This document shows positions 52,741-64,000 of a stretch of 64,000 nt of DNA, one piece after another (the stretch's first letter is position 1; each line of letters begins with the position of its first letter). Under the pieces are notes generated by a model. The model saw only the letters and a program-made list of their open reading frames with translations. It was not told the origin of the DNA and ran no database searches. The DNA comes from Octopus vulgaris (taxonomy: Eukaryota), in assembly GCA_951406725.2 (NCBI GenBank), contig OX597824.1, positions 97,092,001-97,156,000 of the forward strand, in the 5' to 3' direction. A program made the position numbers and the translations under genes.

Positions 52741-53559
52741 TATTTATATGTAATGTGTGTGTATGTGTGTGTCTGTATTCTGTACACCGGTCTATATACA
52801 CTGGCGTATTTAACTCTCTCTCGATGAGGTACATGCGAGTCTGCTCAACCACGTGATTCACTAAGCAAAGAGCAATGAAACGAACAAGTAGTGCTGAGGT
52901 AAATATACACGAGAAGGATTCTTCATAACGGTGCTCCAGTATGGGCGTAGTTAGACCGACAATTGAAACCAGTAAAACAGAGAGAATATATAATTTTTTT
53001 ATGATTAAATATGTACGCTGTGCAATCGAGTGATCCCGCGATCGATTTCACAGATTAGCATCTTGTGTTTGCATTTTGTGCCACATATTTTGGTCAATCC
53101 AAGCCTTGCCAGAAACTGTGTTGAAGCCCTGCGGATTGAACATGTCATAAATTTAGTAATGTAACTGTGTCACACACTGTATCACGTCTACACAAATTCG
53201 CGGTTTAATTTACAATGTGTTCGCGGAACATTCGACCACCTAGCGCTAATTCAATACGCTACTGGTTCAATTGATCTAATAACTGTATAAAATGCATCGC
53301 GGAAAGAGACGGAGATCCAGTTAGATTAGAACTTTTGTCAAGAACTTGTATTCGGGAGGTACACTACTTTCCTTCGCTTCCGACTGATTTCCGACTGAAT
53401 GATCTCCACATATTTCATAATCTCAAACATATCCAGGGTCACTGTTGTACACACACACACACACACACGCATGTATATGCTAATAATCGTCTACAGACGA
53501 TTCTTTTTATATCCTCAAATGCCATTCCATTTTGTTGGTGATATTTTTGTCATATTTAA

Positions 53560-53900
53560 GGTAGCGAGCACACCGAGCTCAATTTTGCCTTTCGGGGTTG
53601 ATTAAATAAGTACCAGTTACGCACTGGGGTCGATATAATCGACTTAATTCATTTGTCTGTCCTTGTTTGTCCCCTCATGTGGGCAGTAAAGAAATATGAA
53701 TCGTTAGCACGCCGGACGAAACGCTTAGCGATATTTCGTCTGTCTTTACGCTCTGAGTTCAAATTTCGCCGAGGTCGAATTTACCTTTCATCCTTTCCTG
53801 GTCGATAAATTAAGTACCAGTTGTGTACTGGAGTCGATCTAATCTGCTGCCACCCCCACTTCCCCCCAAATTTCGGGCGTTGTGCCTAGATTAGCAAAGG
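53560..53900 (+). mobile_element. Two adjacent partial Meta-like SINEs
   Basis: Two occurrences of TAAGTACCAGTT..ACTGG.GTCGAT, with a B box at about 53755. Confidence 0.8.
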
Positions 53901-54339
53901 ATATTTTTTATCATTTCTGACTTCCATAGTTTCTGATGTCTCTCATGCTATTTCTATCGTTGTTGTCCTCTGTAAATGTTTCTAAATAAAGACACAGCGT
54001 TTAGTTTTTATGTAAAGAAAACTTTTACGTAGTTATCGTGGTTGTTGGTGTTGTTGTATTCAGCTGAGTCTAAATATAATCCAACCTATTTGTCTGTAAC
54101 CTTTTGCAGTTGAAGTTATTGTTATCGATGGAATTATTAATGTTATTCTTGCTAATGTTTCCCAATGCATAAAACATTTGAATATTCTTCAGAGGAAAAA
54201 CGCTGTCTCTGTCATTGGTGGAAGCATCACCTGCCACCGTCTCTCTGCTAGCCATGTCGAGAACAACGGGTTTGACAGAGCGGAGAAGCGATATGGAAAA
54301 TGGAAGAATATTTTACCCCGAATAAAGAACAGACAGACA

Positions 54340-54413
<74 letters not shown>

Positions 54414-54636
54414 TACACACAAACACACACACACACACATAGAGCAAATTTATTATATGTGTATATACTTGTATCAATGTATGTGCATATATACACATAC
54501 ACACACACACATTATCATTTATATGTATATATTTCATAGGGCTGTTTCTGTTTGGCTATTTCCCTATGTGTGTACATAGTACCCCCGCCTCATGCATATA
54601 CATAAATATATAGATACATACATATACAAACATATA

Positions 54637-54674
<38 letters not shown>

Positions 54675-54976
54675 CTCTCTCTCTCACACACACACACACA
54701 GTTGGCTAAAAAATCTAAGAGTGAGAAAAGTTAGAACTTTCACTATTAGTTAATGGAGTGAATAAAGATAATTTTTTAAAAGCACAATATCATAATCTCC
54801 TAATAACCAATTTACCGATTGGTTTTAACAGAAGGGAATTGAAAATCAATTCTTGCAACCATCAGGATGCCTAAAGGCAATATTACGGTCCACACCATTT
54901 TACACCGTTCAGCCATTCCTGATAATTGCTTAAGTTGGTTTTCAACTTTTGGTACCAAATCAATTGATAAATTCCC

Positions 54977-55011
<35 letters not shown>

Positions 55012-55013
<2 letters not shown>

Positions 55014-55457
55014 GAATGAGAGAGCAGTGCATGCCATCAAAGTGACACTGGGGTACAAATATACGAAGCCCAGTATACCCATCATGACTACCCGTCTGAT
55101 AAAGGTACACCAGGCACATGCATCGCAACCATATGTGCGTGACATGGTCATATCATATCAAGATAAACAGCGCATGACCTTGCAGGTGGGGCCCAGTTAG
55201 AATTTTCTTCAGGTTGAGTAGCCCATCCTGCTCAAACGGTCCCTCAATAAAGATTATTTAAGGATGTTGAACGAAACACCAATGTTTCCAAGGGTGAATT
55301 ATCCAAACCCCAAAGAATTCCTCTCAACACATGGCTATGATGCTCCCCCACTACTTCTGCTCGTGATCAGAGATGCACATATCGTCAGCCACCAAGGGAC
55401 ATATTCAACTGGTAAAGGTTAAACAACTGACAAGCAAATCTCTGGTATTGAGCAGAA

Positions 55458-55460
<3 letters not shown>
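55012..55460 (-). mobile_element. Second copy of the (TAA)n-embedded non-coding repeat
   Basis: Matches 21435-21815 and is flanked by (TTA)n. Confidence 0.85.
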
Positions 55461-55500
<40 letters not shown>

Positions 55501-55525
55501 GTTGTTGTTGTTGTTGTTGTTGTTA

Positions 55526-55559
<34 letters not shown>

Positions 55560-55709
55560 GATGCTAGTACATGCTAATATAGTCAGCAAATATTTAATCT
55601 TGAGGTTTGGTAACGACAAGCCTCCTCAAATCTCCCTCTAGGATACTTACTGAGTAGAGGATGTTACTTTGCTGCAGATCGTTAATTTATTGTTGTTGTG
55701 GTTGTTGTT

Positions 55710-56085
55710 ATAGACGTCGCACAGTATGCAATATCATGAGGTTGCTGATTGAAGATATTGTGTCTACCAGGGGCTTGTACTGTTTGTCAAGTTACAAAAA
55801 GGACCTCAGACAGACGGTACTTTACGCAATAGGCGTGCAGTTACAAGTGATGCCGACTTTTGCAATACACCTAGATTCTAGGGTATTTCTAAGGTTTCCA
55901 GATGTTTTTTCAGGTTGGGTGGTATTGAACCCAATGCTCCGAAGACAATAGGAATAACCCTTATGCTTGACTCCTGTAGCTGCCACATCTTAGCGACCTC
56001 AATTCTCAGCTGTCCATATTCATCAACCTTTTCTCTTTCCTTCATGATGTTATGTTGATCTCCTGGCACCTCTACATCAATTATT
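55710..56085 (-). mobile_element. R4/Dong-like RLE domain 3' end
   Basis: KEREKVDEYGQLRIEVAKMW...VIPIVFGALGSIP. Confidence 0.85.
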
Positions 56086-56227
56086 AGGTAATTATTAATA
56101 TCATTCTTCTTCTTCTTCTTCTTCTTCTTCTTCTTCTTCTTCTTCTTCTTCTTCTTCTTGTTCTTCTTCTTCCTGTTCTTCTTCTTCTTGTTCTTGTTCT
56201 TCTTTTTCTTCTTCTTCTTCTTCTTAC

Positions 56228-56289
<62 letters not shown>

Positions 56290-56299
56290 TATAAGACAA

Positions 56300-56720
56300 T
56301 TCATGTGATACCGCAGAGAGTTCTCGTACTGAGATGATCATTAACCATACGACCTCGATGCGATCGCAATGAGTTGGACAGGATACGGCATTTGAAGGCT
56401 AAAAGACAGCATCCCAAAGAGTCTGTCCAACGACAAATAGCAGCATGGCAAACCATCCAGAAAAAGCGCATCAAAAGCTCTTCAAAAACACTTTGAAAAG
56501 GTTCCTCGAAAACCTTCCACGTCAGCCATTAGGAATGGAATGAATTGGATGGAGAGAAACGGCGTGCAGCGGTTCGTAAGTATTCCAAAATACATGAAGC
56601 TAAAAGAGGGACCGTATCGAAGCAATGGAGGCGGGTGAGAAAGACAGATTATATCGGATGTCCCATCACTGTTCTTCGCAGCACTCAAAGGTCCCAACAA
56701 ACTCATCTGATCGACAGACG
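56300..56720 (+). mobile_element. Decayed RTE-clade LINE C-terminal region
   Basis: Remnants resembling LRW.GH..R....R.PK and KR.K..LK...W......R..WR. Confidence 0.4.
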
Positions 56721-57428
56721 AGCAACACGCACCTGCATGTGTGTGTGTATGTGTGTGTGTATGTGTGTGTGTGTATGTGTGTGTATGTGTGTGTGCGTGT
56801 GCATGTGTATACATACATACATTTAGATTTATATACATTCATGCGAATTATTATAACTGAGTGCGTTGCAACTTCGTAACATACTCTCCCTCTCTCCCAT
56901 ATATACACGCACACATATGTAAGTATGTATGTATATGTATATATATATATGTGTGTGTATATATATATTTATGTATGCATGCATGTATGTACTCATACAT
57001 ATATACACACACAAAAGCACCAACACTATTAAATATACAAAGTATAGCAGGTACAAGTATATTAAATTTTTATGCTATCATAAGAAAATATACAGACGTG
57101 CGGACGTTCCCACAGGCTACACACACACACACGCACACACATACACACAGGTTCACACGCACACTCACATTCATACACACACTAAACATACACACACAAA
57201 ATAAGTACTCATCATAAACGCACGTTTAATATATCTCTGAAAATTCTCTGAATTATTGGACACACTTCCACCACGCGGACACACACACACACATTTGCAT
57301 TTCATAATGATAACTATGTCGGCAGTTTAACGCCACCCTCCCCCAGCAGCTAATTCCCATGTTTTATGGAGCTGAATTCGCAGCATTTGCGATTAATAGA
57401 ATTACGCCAAGTAAACACACTAAACGGG

Positions 57429-57492
<64 letters not shown>

Positions 57493-57509
57493 ATATTTAT
57501 ATATATATA

Positions 57510-57587
<78 letters not shown>

Positions 57588-57653
57588 TATGTTTAACGTC
57601 AGATTATTACCAATTTACAAGATTATACTCTGAAAACTATGGCATTAAAGTAC

Positions 57654-57709
<56 letters not shown>

Positions 57710-58133
57710 AACTAGAAGGCATTGTAAATTACGGAGATTGAGCGACTATGGAAGTCTATTAGTACAATAATGACTATAAAATATTTCGTTCTTGTATTTG
57801 GTTTTCAAGATTCTTAATGTGAATTCGCGTGTTGAAGCACATTTTATTGTGTCTGGGGAGATTCCTTCTCTTTCAGTGTCTCATTACTTAACACAATCAC
57901 CTGTTCGATTTCCACACATTTACTTATTGATTTTTCTAAAATTTTCTTTGCATCTGAAAACCTCTTCAGTAGCCTTTGAAAGTCCACAGAACAAATTGCA
58001 AGAAGCAACGAAAATTTTATGAGAAACAAATGAGTGGAAATCTAACCGGTGAGTGTGTTAAGTAATAAGGAATTAAAAGAAAATGACTCTCCACACACAC
58101 AATAAAACGATATATTAATAATAATAATAATAT

Positions 58134-58264
<131 letters not shown>

Positions 58265-58282
58265 GTAGTAGTAGTAGTAGTA

Positions 58283-58316
<34 letters not shown>

Positions 58317-58330
58317 ATTTATCTAATAAT

Positions 58331-58848
58331 AATAACTGACTGAAAAATGATGAGTTAAAATGATGAGTTAACCCAGCCAGAATCAAATCCAAATTCAACA
58401 CTTACATGGCTCTTTGCACATCCGATTGGACAAAGTGCTCACCCATCAATTTCTGACAAATTTTATGAATATATACTTTAACCGTCCAGCACTACATATA
58501 ATATTTGTAAACAAACCAGAAGGTTTTGTAAGTTCCGGAGATAGAGCGACTATGGAAGTCTATTGCTTATAAACGGAGTATAAATATTATTATTATGATA
58601 TATTATTATATAGTTATTATTGCTCTAATAGTCTTCCATAGTTGCTCTATCTCCGGAACTCACAAAGCCTTCTCGCTTGTTTAATATATTATATGTAGTA
58701 TTGGACAGCTAAAATATATATTCATAAAACTTGGCTCAGATTGATGGGTGAACGTTTGGCCCAATCTGATGCACAAGGAGGCTTGTAAAAGTTGATTAGT
58801 GGGATCGATTCTGGCCTGTGTTAGCTCATAAGTTTTCAGTCAATTGTT
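58331..58848. mobile_element. Fold-back / MITE-like element with ~235-bp diverged inverted arms
   Basis: 58331-58565 pairs with 58628-58848 (e.g. TTCCGGAGATAGAGCGACTATGGAAG vs CTTCCATAGTTGCTCTATCTCCGGAA) around an AT-rich spacer. A fragment also occurs at 57713-57762. Confidence 0.85.
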
Positions 58849-58875
58849 TATATATAAATGTTGCTTTTAATCGGA

Positions 58876-58923
<48 letters not shown>

Positions 58924-58926
58924 ATG

Positions 58927-58995
<69 letters not shown>

Positions 58996-59078
58996 ATATA
59001 GTATATGTATATAATTTAGAGAAAAACCACTATTAAAAAATTCAATAAAGGAAGATGTTATTCACACCATATAGTGTG

Positions 59079-59153
<75 letters not shown>

Positions 59154-59440
59154 CACTACACTCATATTTCGCTCTCTCTCTGTTCTCTACCCCATCTATT
59201 AAACACTCCAACCCTCTGCAAACTGTTCTAAAACGACTACTGCAACTGCAAGACTATTCATTGTCGAACTGTTGTCGAAGGCTAACACAATAATGCAAAT
59301 TAGATGAATTCGCATTTAGAATCGGAAGCACTCGCTGTATATCACTGCATCACTGCAAGTCGTGGTTCTTAGCAATGAAACAGTTCTGAAAGTCTACTTA
59401 AATTTTCAATATTTTATTCCATTTCCTTTCTTTCTTTCCG

Positions 59441-59472
<32 letters not shown>

Positions 59473-59618
59473 TTTTAATAATATGCATGAAGTTATTTAA
59501 TGTAGACAGCCCGGTAGGCTGATATATATCAGGAAGTGTTTCTCGAAAGGAAAAAAACAAACAAACAACAACAATAACAGCAGTAGCAACAACAACAACA
59601 ATAACAGCAGCAGAAACA

Positions 59619-59649
<31 letters not shown>

Positions 59650-59749
59650 CAACGACAACAACAACGTTTGAAATAAAGCAACGTCGCAATTCGGTGGCAA
59701 TTGAATAAAATTTAAAAAATCTATAAAACTAATTTACAGAATATGTATT

Positions 59750-59911
59750 GGACATGATTGTGTGGTAAGAAGCTTGCTAGCCAACCACATGGTTCCGGGT
59801 TCAGTCACTCCGCGTAGCACGTTGGACTAGTGTCTTCAACTATAGCTTCGGGGTGACTAAAGCCTTGTGAGTGGATTTGGTAGACAGAAACTGTAAGAAG
59901 CCTGTCATGTG

Positions 59912-59969
<58 letters not shown>

Positions 59970-60500
59970 GGTGCGATGGATAAATTGTCGCAGTTTTGTA
60001 TTTTTTATTTCGCGCATGCGCATGGTTTGTTTTTGATTTTGCCGACTATTCAGTATAATAGGGTCAGTCGGGCACCGTCTGTGAGAAAAACCAGCACGAT
60101 GATGCAATTCGATATGCTAGAAATTTGGAAACGACATGCTGTACTGCTTGGCATTCGCGCCGGAAGCCCCAATACGAACAGATAGTTAACACACAAAACA
60201 ACCCAGCCATGGCTATCAGACTATTTCTGCGACCACACCACCCCTAACATCTGGCCACCTAACTCCTCAGACTGCAACCCCCTTCATTATTATGCGTGGG
60301 ACGCAGCTGAGCAAGAGACCAACAAAACTCCTTGTAAAACCCAAAATGAATTGAAGGCAAGGATTATGGCAGCATTGACCAACTTAAAAATGGAGACCGT
60401 TCAGAAGAGTTGCAGGAGATCCCAAAGTCGTCTGGGGGCCCAGTTTGAAGCCAACGGCGATTTTATTGAATAATTTTAGTGTTATTTTATTCACCGCGCC

Positions 60501-60566
<66 letters not shown>

Positions 60567-60581
60567 ATATGTATGTATATA

Positions 60582-60628
<47 letters not shown>

Positions 60629-60930
60629 GTATATATATATATATATGTATTTACATATATATACAAATATATATATGTATGTATATATACATACTTACAT
60701 ACATACATATGTGTGTGTGTGTGTATAACTTTGTTTATCTCTCACTACGAGCGTTAGTGTCTTTACATCTCTGTGACGTAGCGGTTCGACAAAAGAGACC
60801 GACAGAATAAGTACCAAGCTAAAAAAAAAAAAACAATAAATACTGGGATTAATTCATTGGGCTAAAAAGATTTTTCATGGCGGAACTCCAGCACGGCCGC
60901 AGTCCGACGAGTGAAAAATAAAAGATAGAA
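59750..60930 (+). mobile_element. CORE-like SINE split by a maT/mariner insertion
   Basis: The 5' half (59750-59912) and 3' half (60715-60930) match 63017-63426. Confidence 0.8.
59967..60503 (+). mobile_element. Internally deleted Tc1/mariner (maT/DD37D-like) element
   Basis: TA|CAGGGTGCGATGGATAAA...TTTATTCACCGCGCCCTT|TA imperfect TIRs. C-terminal peptide WPPNSSDCNPLHYYAW...ELKARI...ANGDFIE*. Confidence 0.85.
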
Positions 60931-61295
60931 CATAGCGAAACATATGTGCTTATTTCTTTATGAGTGGCAGCAACAGGCTGTAAACGTAGCTATGGAATCG
61001 ATAATGGTAATTCTGTAAGATGGCAGTTTTCTTGTAAACGCCTTGTTAATTTTAGAGATATAAAAACGTTATTTTGACATTTAGGAGTCGTTACAGTTTT
61101 AGCAGAAAGAACGGGGGTGGGGTGGGGGGTTGTGGAGGAACCATAATTACGGAGACCTGTTTTGCACTTTTCGCTACGGAATTAGGTGGTTGCCTTGTTT
61201 AATGGGAAATATATTGAAATTATAGTAATTAATTCATTGAAATGTATGCAGCCCAGAGGAAGGTATTTAGACGGAAATAAAATAATGACGACCAG

Positions 61296-61319
61296 TGATG
61301 ATGATGATGGTGATGATGG

Positions 61320-61366
<47 letters not shown>

Positions 61367-61376
61367 GTGATGATGG

Positions 61377-61437
<61 letters not shown>

Positions 61438-61450
61438 GATGATGATGATG
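61296..61450. repeat. (GAT)n microsatellite
   Basis: Direct reading. Confidence 0.95.
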
Positions 61451-61632
61451 AAGAGAACAACAATGATATCCCTTTCTTATTTAGGCACAAGACCAGTAAT
61501 TTGGGGGTGGGGATGTTGATTTCATCAACGCCAGTGTTTAACAGGTCCTTATTTTAGCAGCCCTGAAAAGATGGAAGTCGATCTCGGTAGGATTTGAACA
61601 AACGAAACGCTGCGAAGCTTTTTGTCCTCCCG

Positions 61633-61669
<37 letters not shown>

Positions 61670-61764
61670 CTAATAATATCCTTTGAGCTCTAGGAAAGGG
61701 GCCTGAAATTAGGAAAGTCGATTATATCGATGCTAGTGATAAACTGGTACCCTCGAGTACAACT

Positions 61765-62482
61765 CAAGACATGACAGAGTTGCCCAATTGGATAATGTGC
61801 CCACATTATAAAATCAAAATTACTGACAAATGGTACAAGACCCTGCTGAGGGAGAAAATGTAACGATTCTTTGGGACTTCCAGTGTGTACAGATCGGACC
61901 ATCAAAGCAAATAAACCAGATATTATTGTGAAAGCCAGAAGCAATAAAGTCTGTTTATTGATTGACAAGTACACACCTTGTGACCATAATATCTCGGCAA
62001 AAGAATTTGATAAGATCAGAAAACATAAAGATTTGCTAATCGAAATGGAAAAGATGTGACATCTCAAGACGGTTCCAATACCAGTGATTGTAGGAGCACT
62101 TGGAATGATCAAAAAAGGAACTGAAAATTATTTAAGAATGACCCCTGGATTACCATCCATGCAGGAAGAGCAAAAGGTTGTCTCAATTGGTATGTCACAC
62201 GTATTGAGAAGAGCATCGTCGCTGTGAATTTTCTTTCCTTTTTCCCCTTCATTTTATTTGTTTAGTTTTCTATATTTTATTCTTTCCTTTTTCTCTCTGT
62301 CCTCCCCTTTTTCTCTATCACGTGACTCTGTAAATGAACAATCTGGTGTGCTTGTTTTAATGGCCTACCAATGTATACAGTACGTTTGTCTGCTCTAGGT
62401 GTCAGGAAGACATTTGGCAAGAAATGGAAACAGAATTGAAAGAAAATGCTAATGAAAATAATGATAATAATAATAATAATAA
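61765..62482 (+). mobile_element. R4/Dong-like RLE domain and 3' UTR with (TAA)n tail
   Basis: DRTIKANKPDIIV..CLLID..P.D.NISAKE..K..K.KDL.IE..KM, then PVIVGALGMI (PD..D/ExK endonuclease). Confidence 0.9.
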
Positions 62483-62862
62483 TCAATTGTAATAGAGTTC
62501 CCAGTCGTTACAAAAAGTTTGCCTCATTGGCAGCCAGAATAATCAGGTAATAATTAGAGAGCTGAAAAGAACGGATATCATTGTACCGTAGGCTGCAGGT
62601 AGTAAGCTCGCTACGCATGTAGGACTCCAGGATCTCCAACAAAACCTGTGATAAAATGATAATAATAACAACAACAGCAATAATAATAATTATTATTATT
62701 ATTGTTGTTGTTGTTGTTATGTTGTAGCTGCTTCTTTTATTAGCTTCAGGGAATTAACGAAAACAAAGAACACAGAATTCCAAGAAACAAAATCTTGAAA
62801 TATGAGGGCTAACTGCTTAGCAACCCTAAAAATTTTCTACGACCCTGAACAACAGGGACAAG

Positions 62863-62919
<57 letters not shown>

Positions 62920-63016
62920 ACTCACATTTCGTTTCCCCGGTTTAGAGTCACGTTGTAGGTGTAGCCTTCCTACGGTGGGGCTCCGCAAAGATTTTTGTCA
63001 ACCAAACTCCATAATA

Positions 63017-63426
63017 GGCGCAGGAGTGGCTGTGTGGTAAGTAGCTTGCTAACCAACCACATGGTTCCGGGTTCAGTCCCACTGCGTGGCATCTTGGGCA
63101 AGTGTCTTCTGCTATAGCCCCGGGCCGACCAATGCCTTGTGAGTGGATTTGGTAGACCGAAACTGAAAGAAGCCTGTCGTATATATGTATATATATATAA
63201 GTGTGTGTGTATATGTTTGTGTGTCTGTGTTTGTCCCCCTAGCATTGCTTGACAACCGATGCTGGTGTGTTTACGTCCCCGTCACTTAGCGGTTCGGCAA
63301 AAGAGACCGATAGAATAAGTACTGGGCTTACAAAGAATAAGTCCCGGGGTCGATTTGCTCGACTAAAGGTGGTGCTCCAGCATGGCTGCAGTCAAATGAC
63401 TGAAACAAGTAAAAGAGTAAAGAGAA
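63017..63426 (+). mobile_element. Full-length CORE-like tRNA SINE
   Basis: A box TGGCTGTGTGG, B box GGTTCAGTCCC, CORE CTTGGGCAAGTGTCTT, an internal (TA/TG)n, and 3' GGTGCTCCAGCATGGC...(AAAGAGT) tail. Confidence 0.92.
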
Positions 63427-63951
63427 TATATTCGGTGATCACGGTTCATGGTATCAAACACTTTTCTAATGTACCAAGCATCAGGATTGAAACTCAATCT
63501 TTTTTTTTGTATGAAAAACGGATATTTTAACCATATCGCTAGTCACAACTTCTAAGAATTTAACTTCTAAGAATCTCTCAAATACAAATTATTGCATTTG
63601 TATTTATTCATTCTGCTTTTCTATAGAATAAATCCATAATGGCCACCAGCAATTCTAATCGTTTAGTTCTTTATCTCATAGAGTTTCCTGTTAAACTGGG
63701 TTCCTTGTCTCTATTAGATATTATTGTCGTAGCCGAAGGATGCAGAAATGCGTCGCTACGTGGTTCCGGGTTTCATTCGACTGAAAGGTACCACCTTCGG
63801 GTGAGTCAGTGTCTTCTACTGTAACGATGAGAAGACATATTCTGAGCGGAATTGGGTAAACAGAAACTGTGCCGAAGACCGTTAGGTGTGCGTGCCTGCA
63901 TGCACGCGCATGCGTGAGTATGTGCATTCATATTTGTATATATAAGCTCTC

Positions 63952-64000
<49 letters not shown>

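Overview
Eukaryotic, AT-rich, extremely microsatellite-dense non-coding DNA. The SINE families and repeat style suggest an octopus-like cephalopod, which is an inference. No intact host protein-coding gene was recognised, and almost all ORFs in the track are translations of simple repeats. The non-repetitive islands are mostly transposons: a nearly complete but frameshifted CR1-group LINE (49.4-52.7 kb), a young 5'-truncated Penelope-like element (PLE) with a GIY-YIG ORF between long inverted arms (33.3-35.6 kb), a decayed Naiad-type PLE, many R4/Dong-like fragments, mariner and maT remnants, two non-autonomous Helitrons and about 20 tRNA-derived SINE copies. The most striking hidden signal is a set of small non-coding elements carrying minimal type-I hammerhead ribozymes (HHRs), mostly embedded in (TA)n tracts and often inverted. 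Their cores differ by family: canonical C3:G8, compensated U3:A8, compensated G3:C8, and a recurrent U6 variant. One HHR unit is fused behind a tRNA-like Pol III head, making it a candidate Penelope-dependent ribozyme SINE. All ribozyme calls were folded by eye, and activity is untested.
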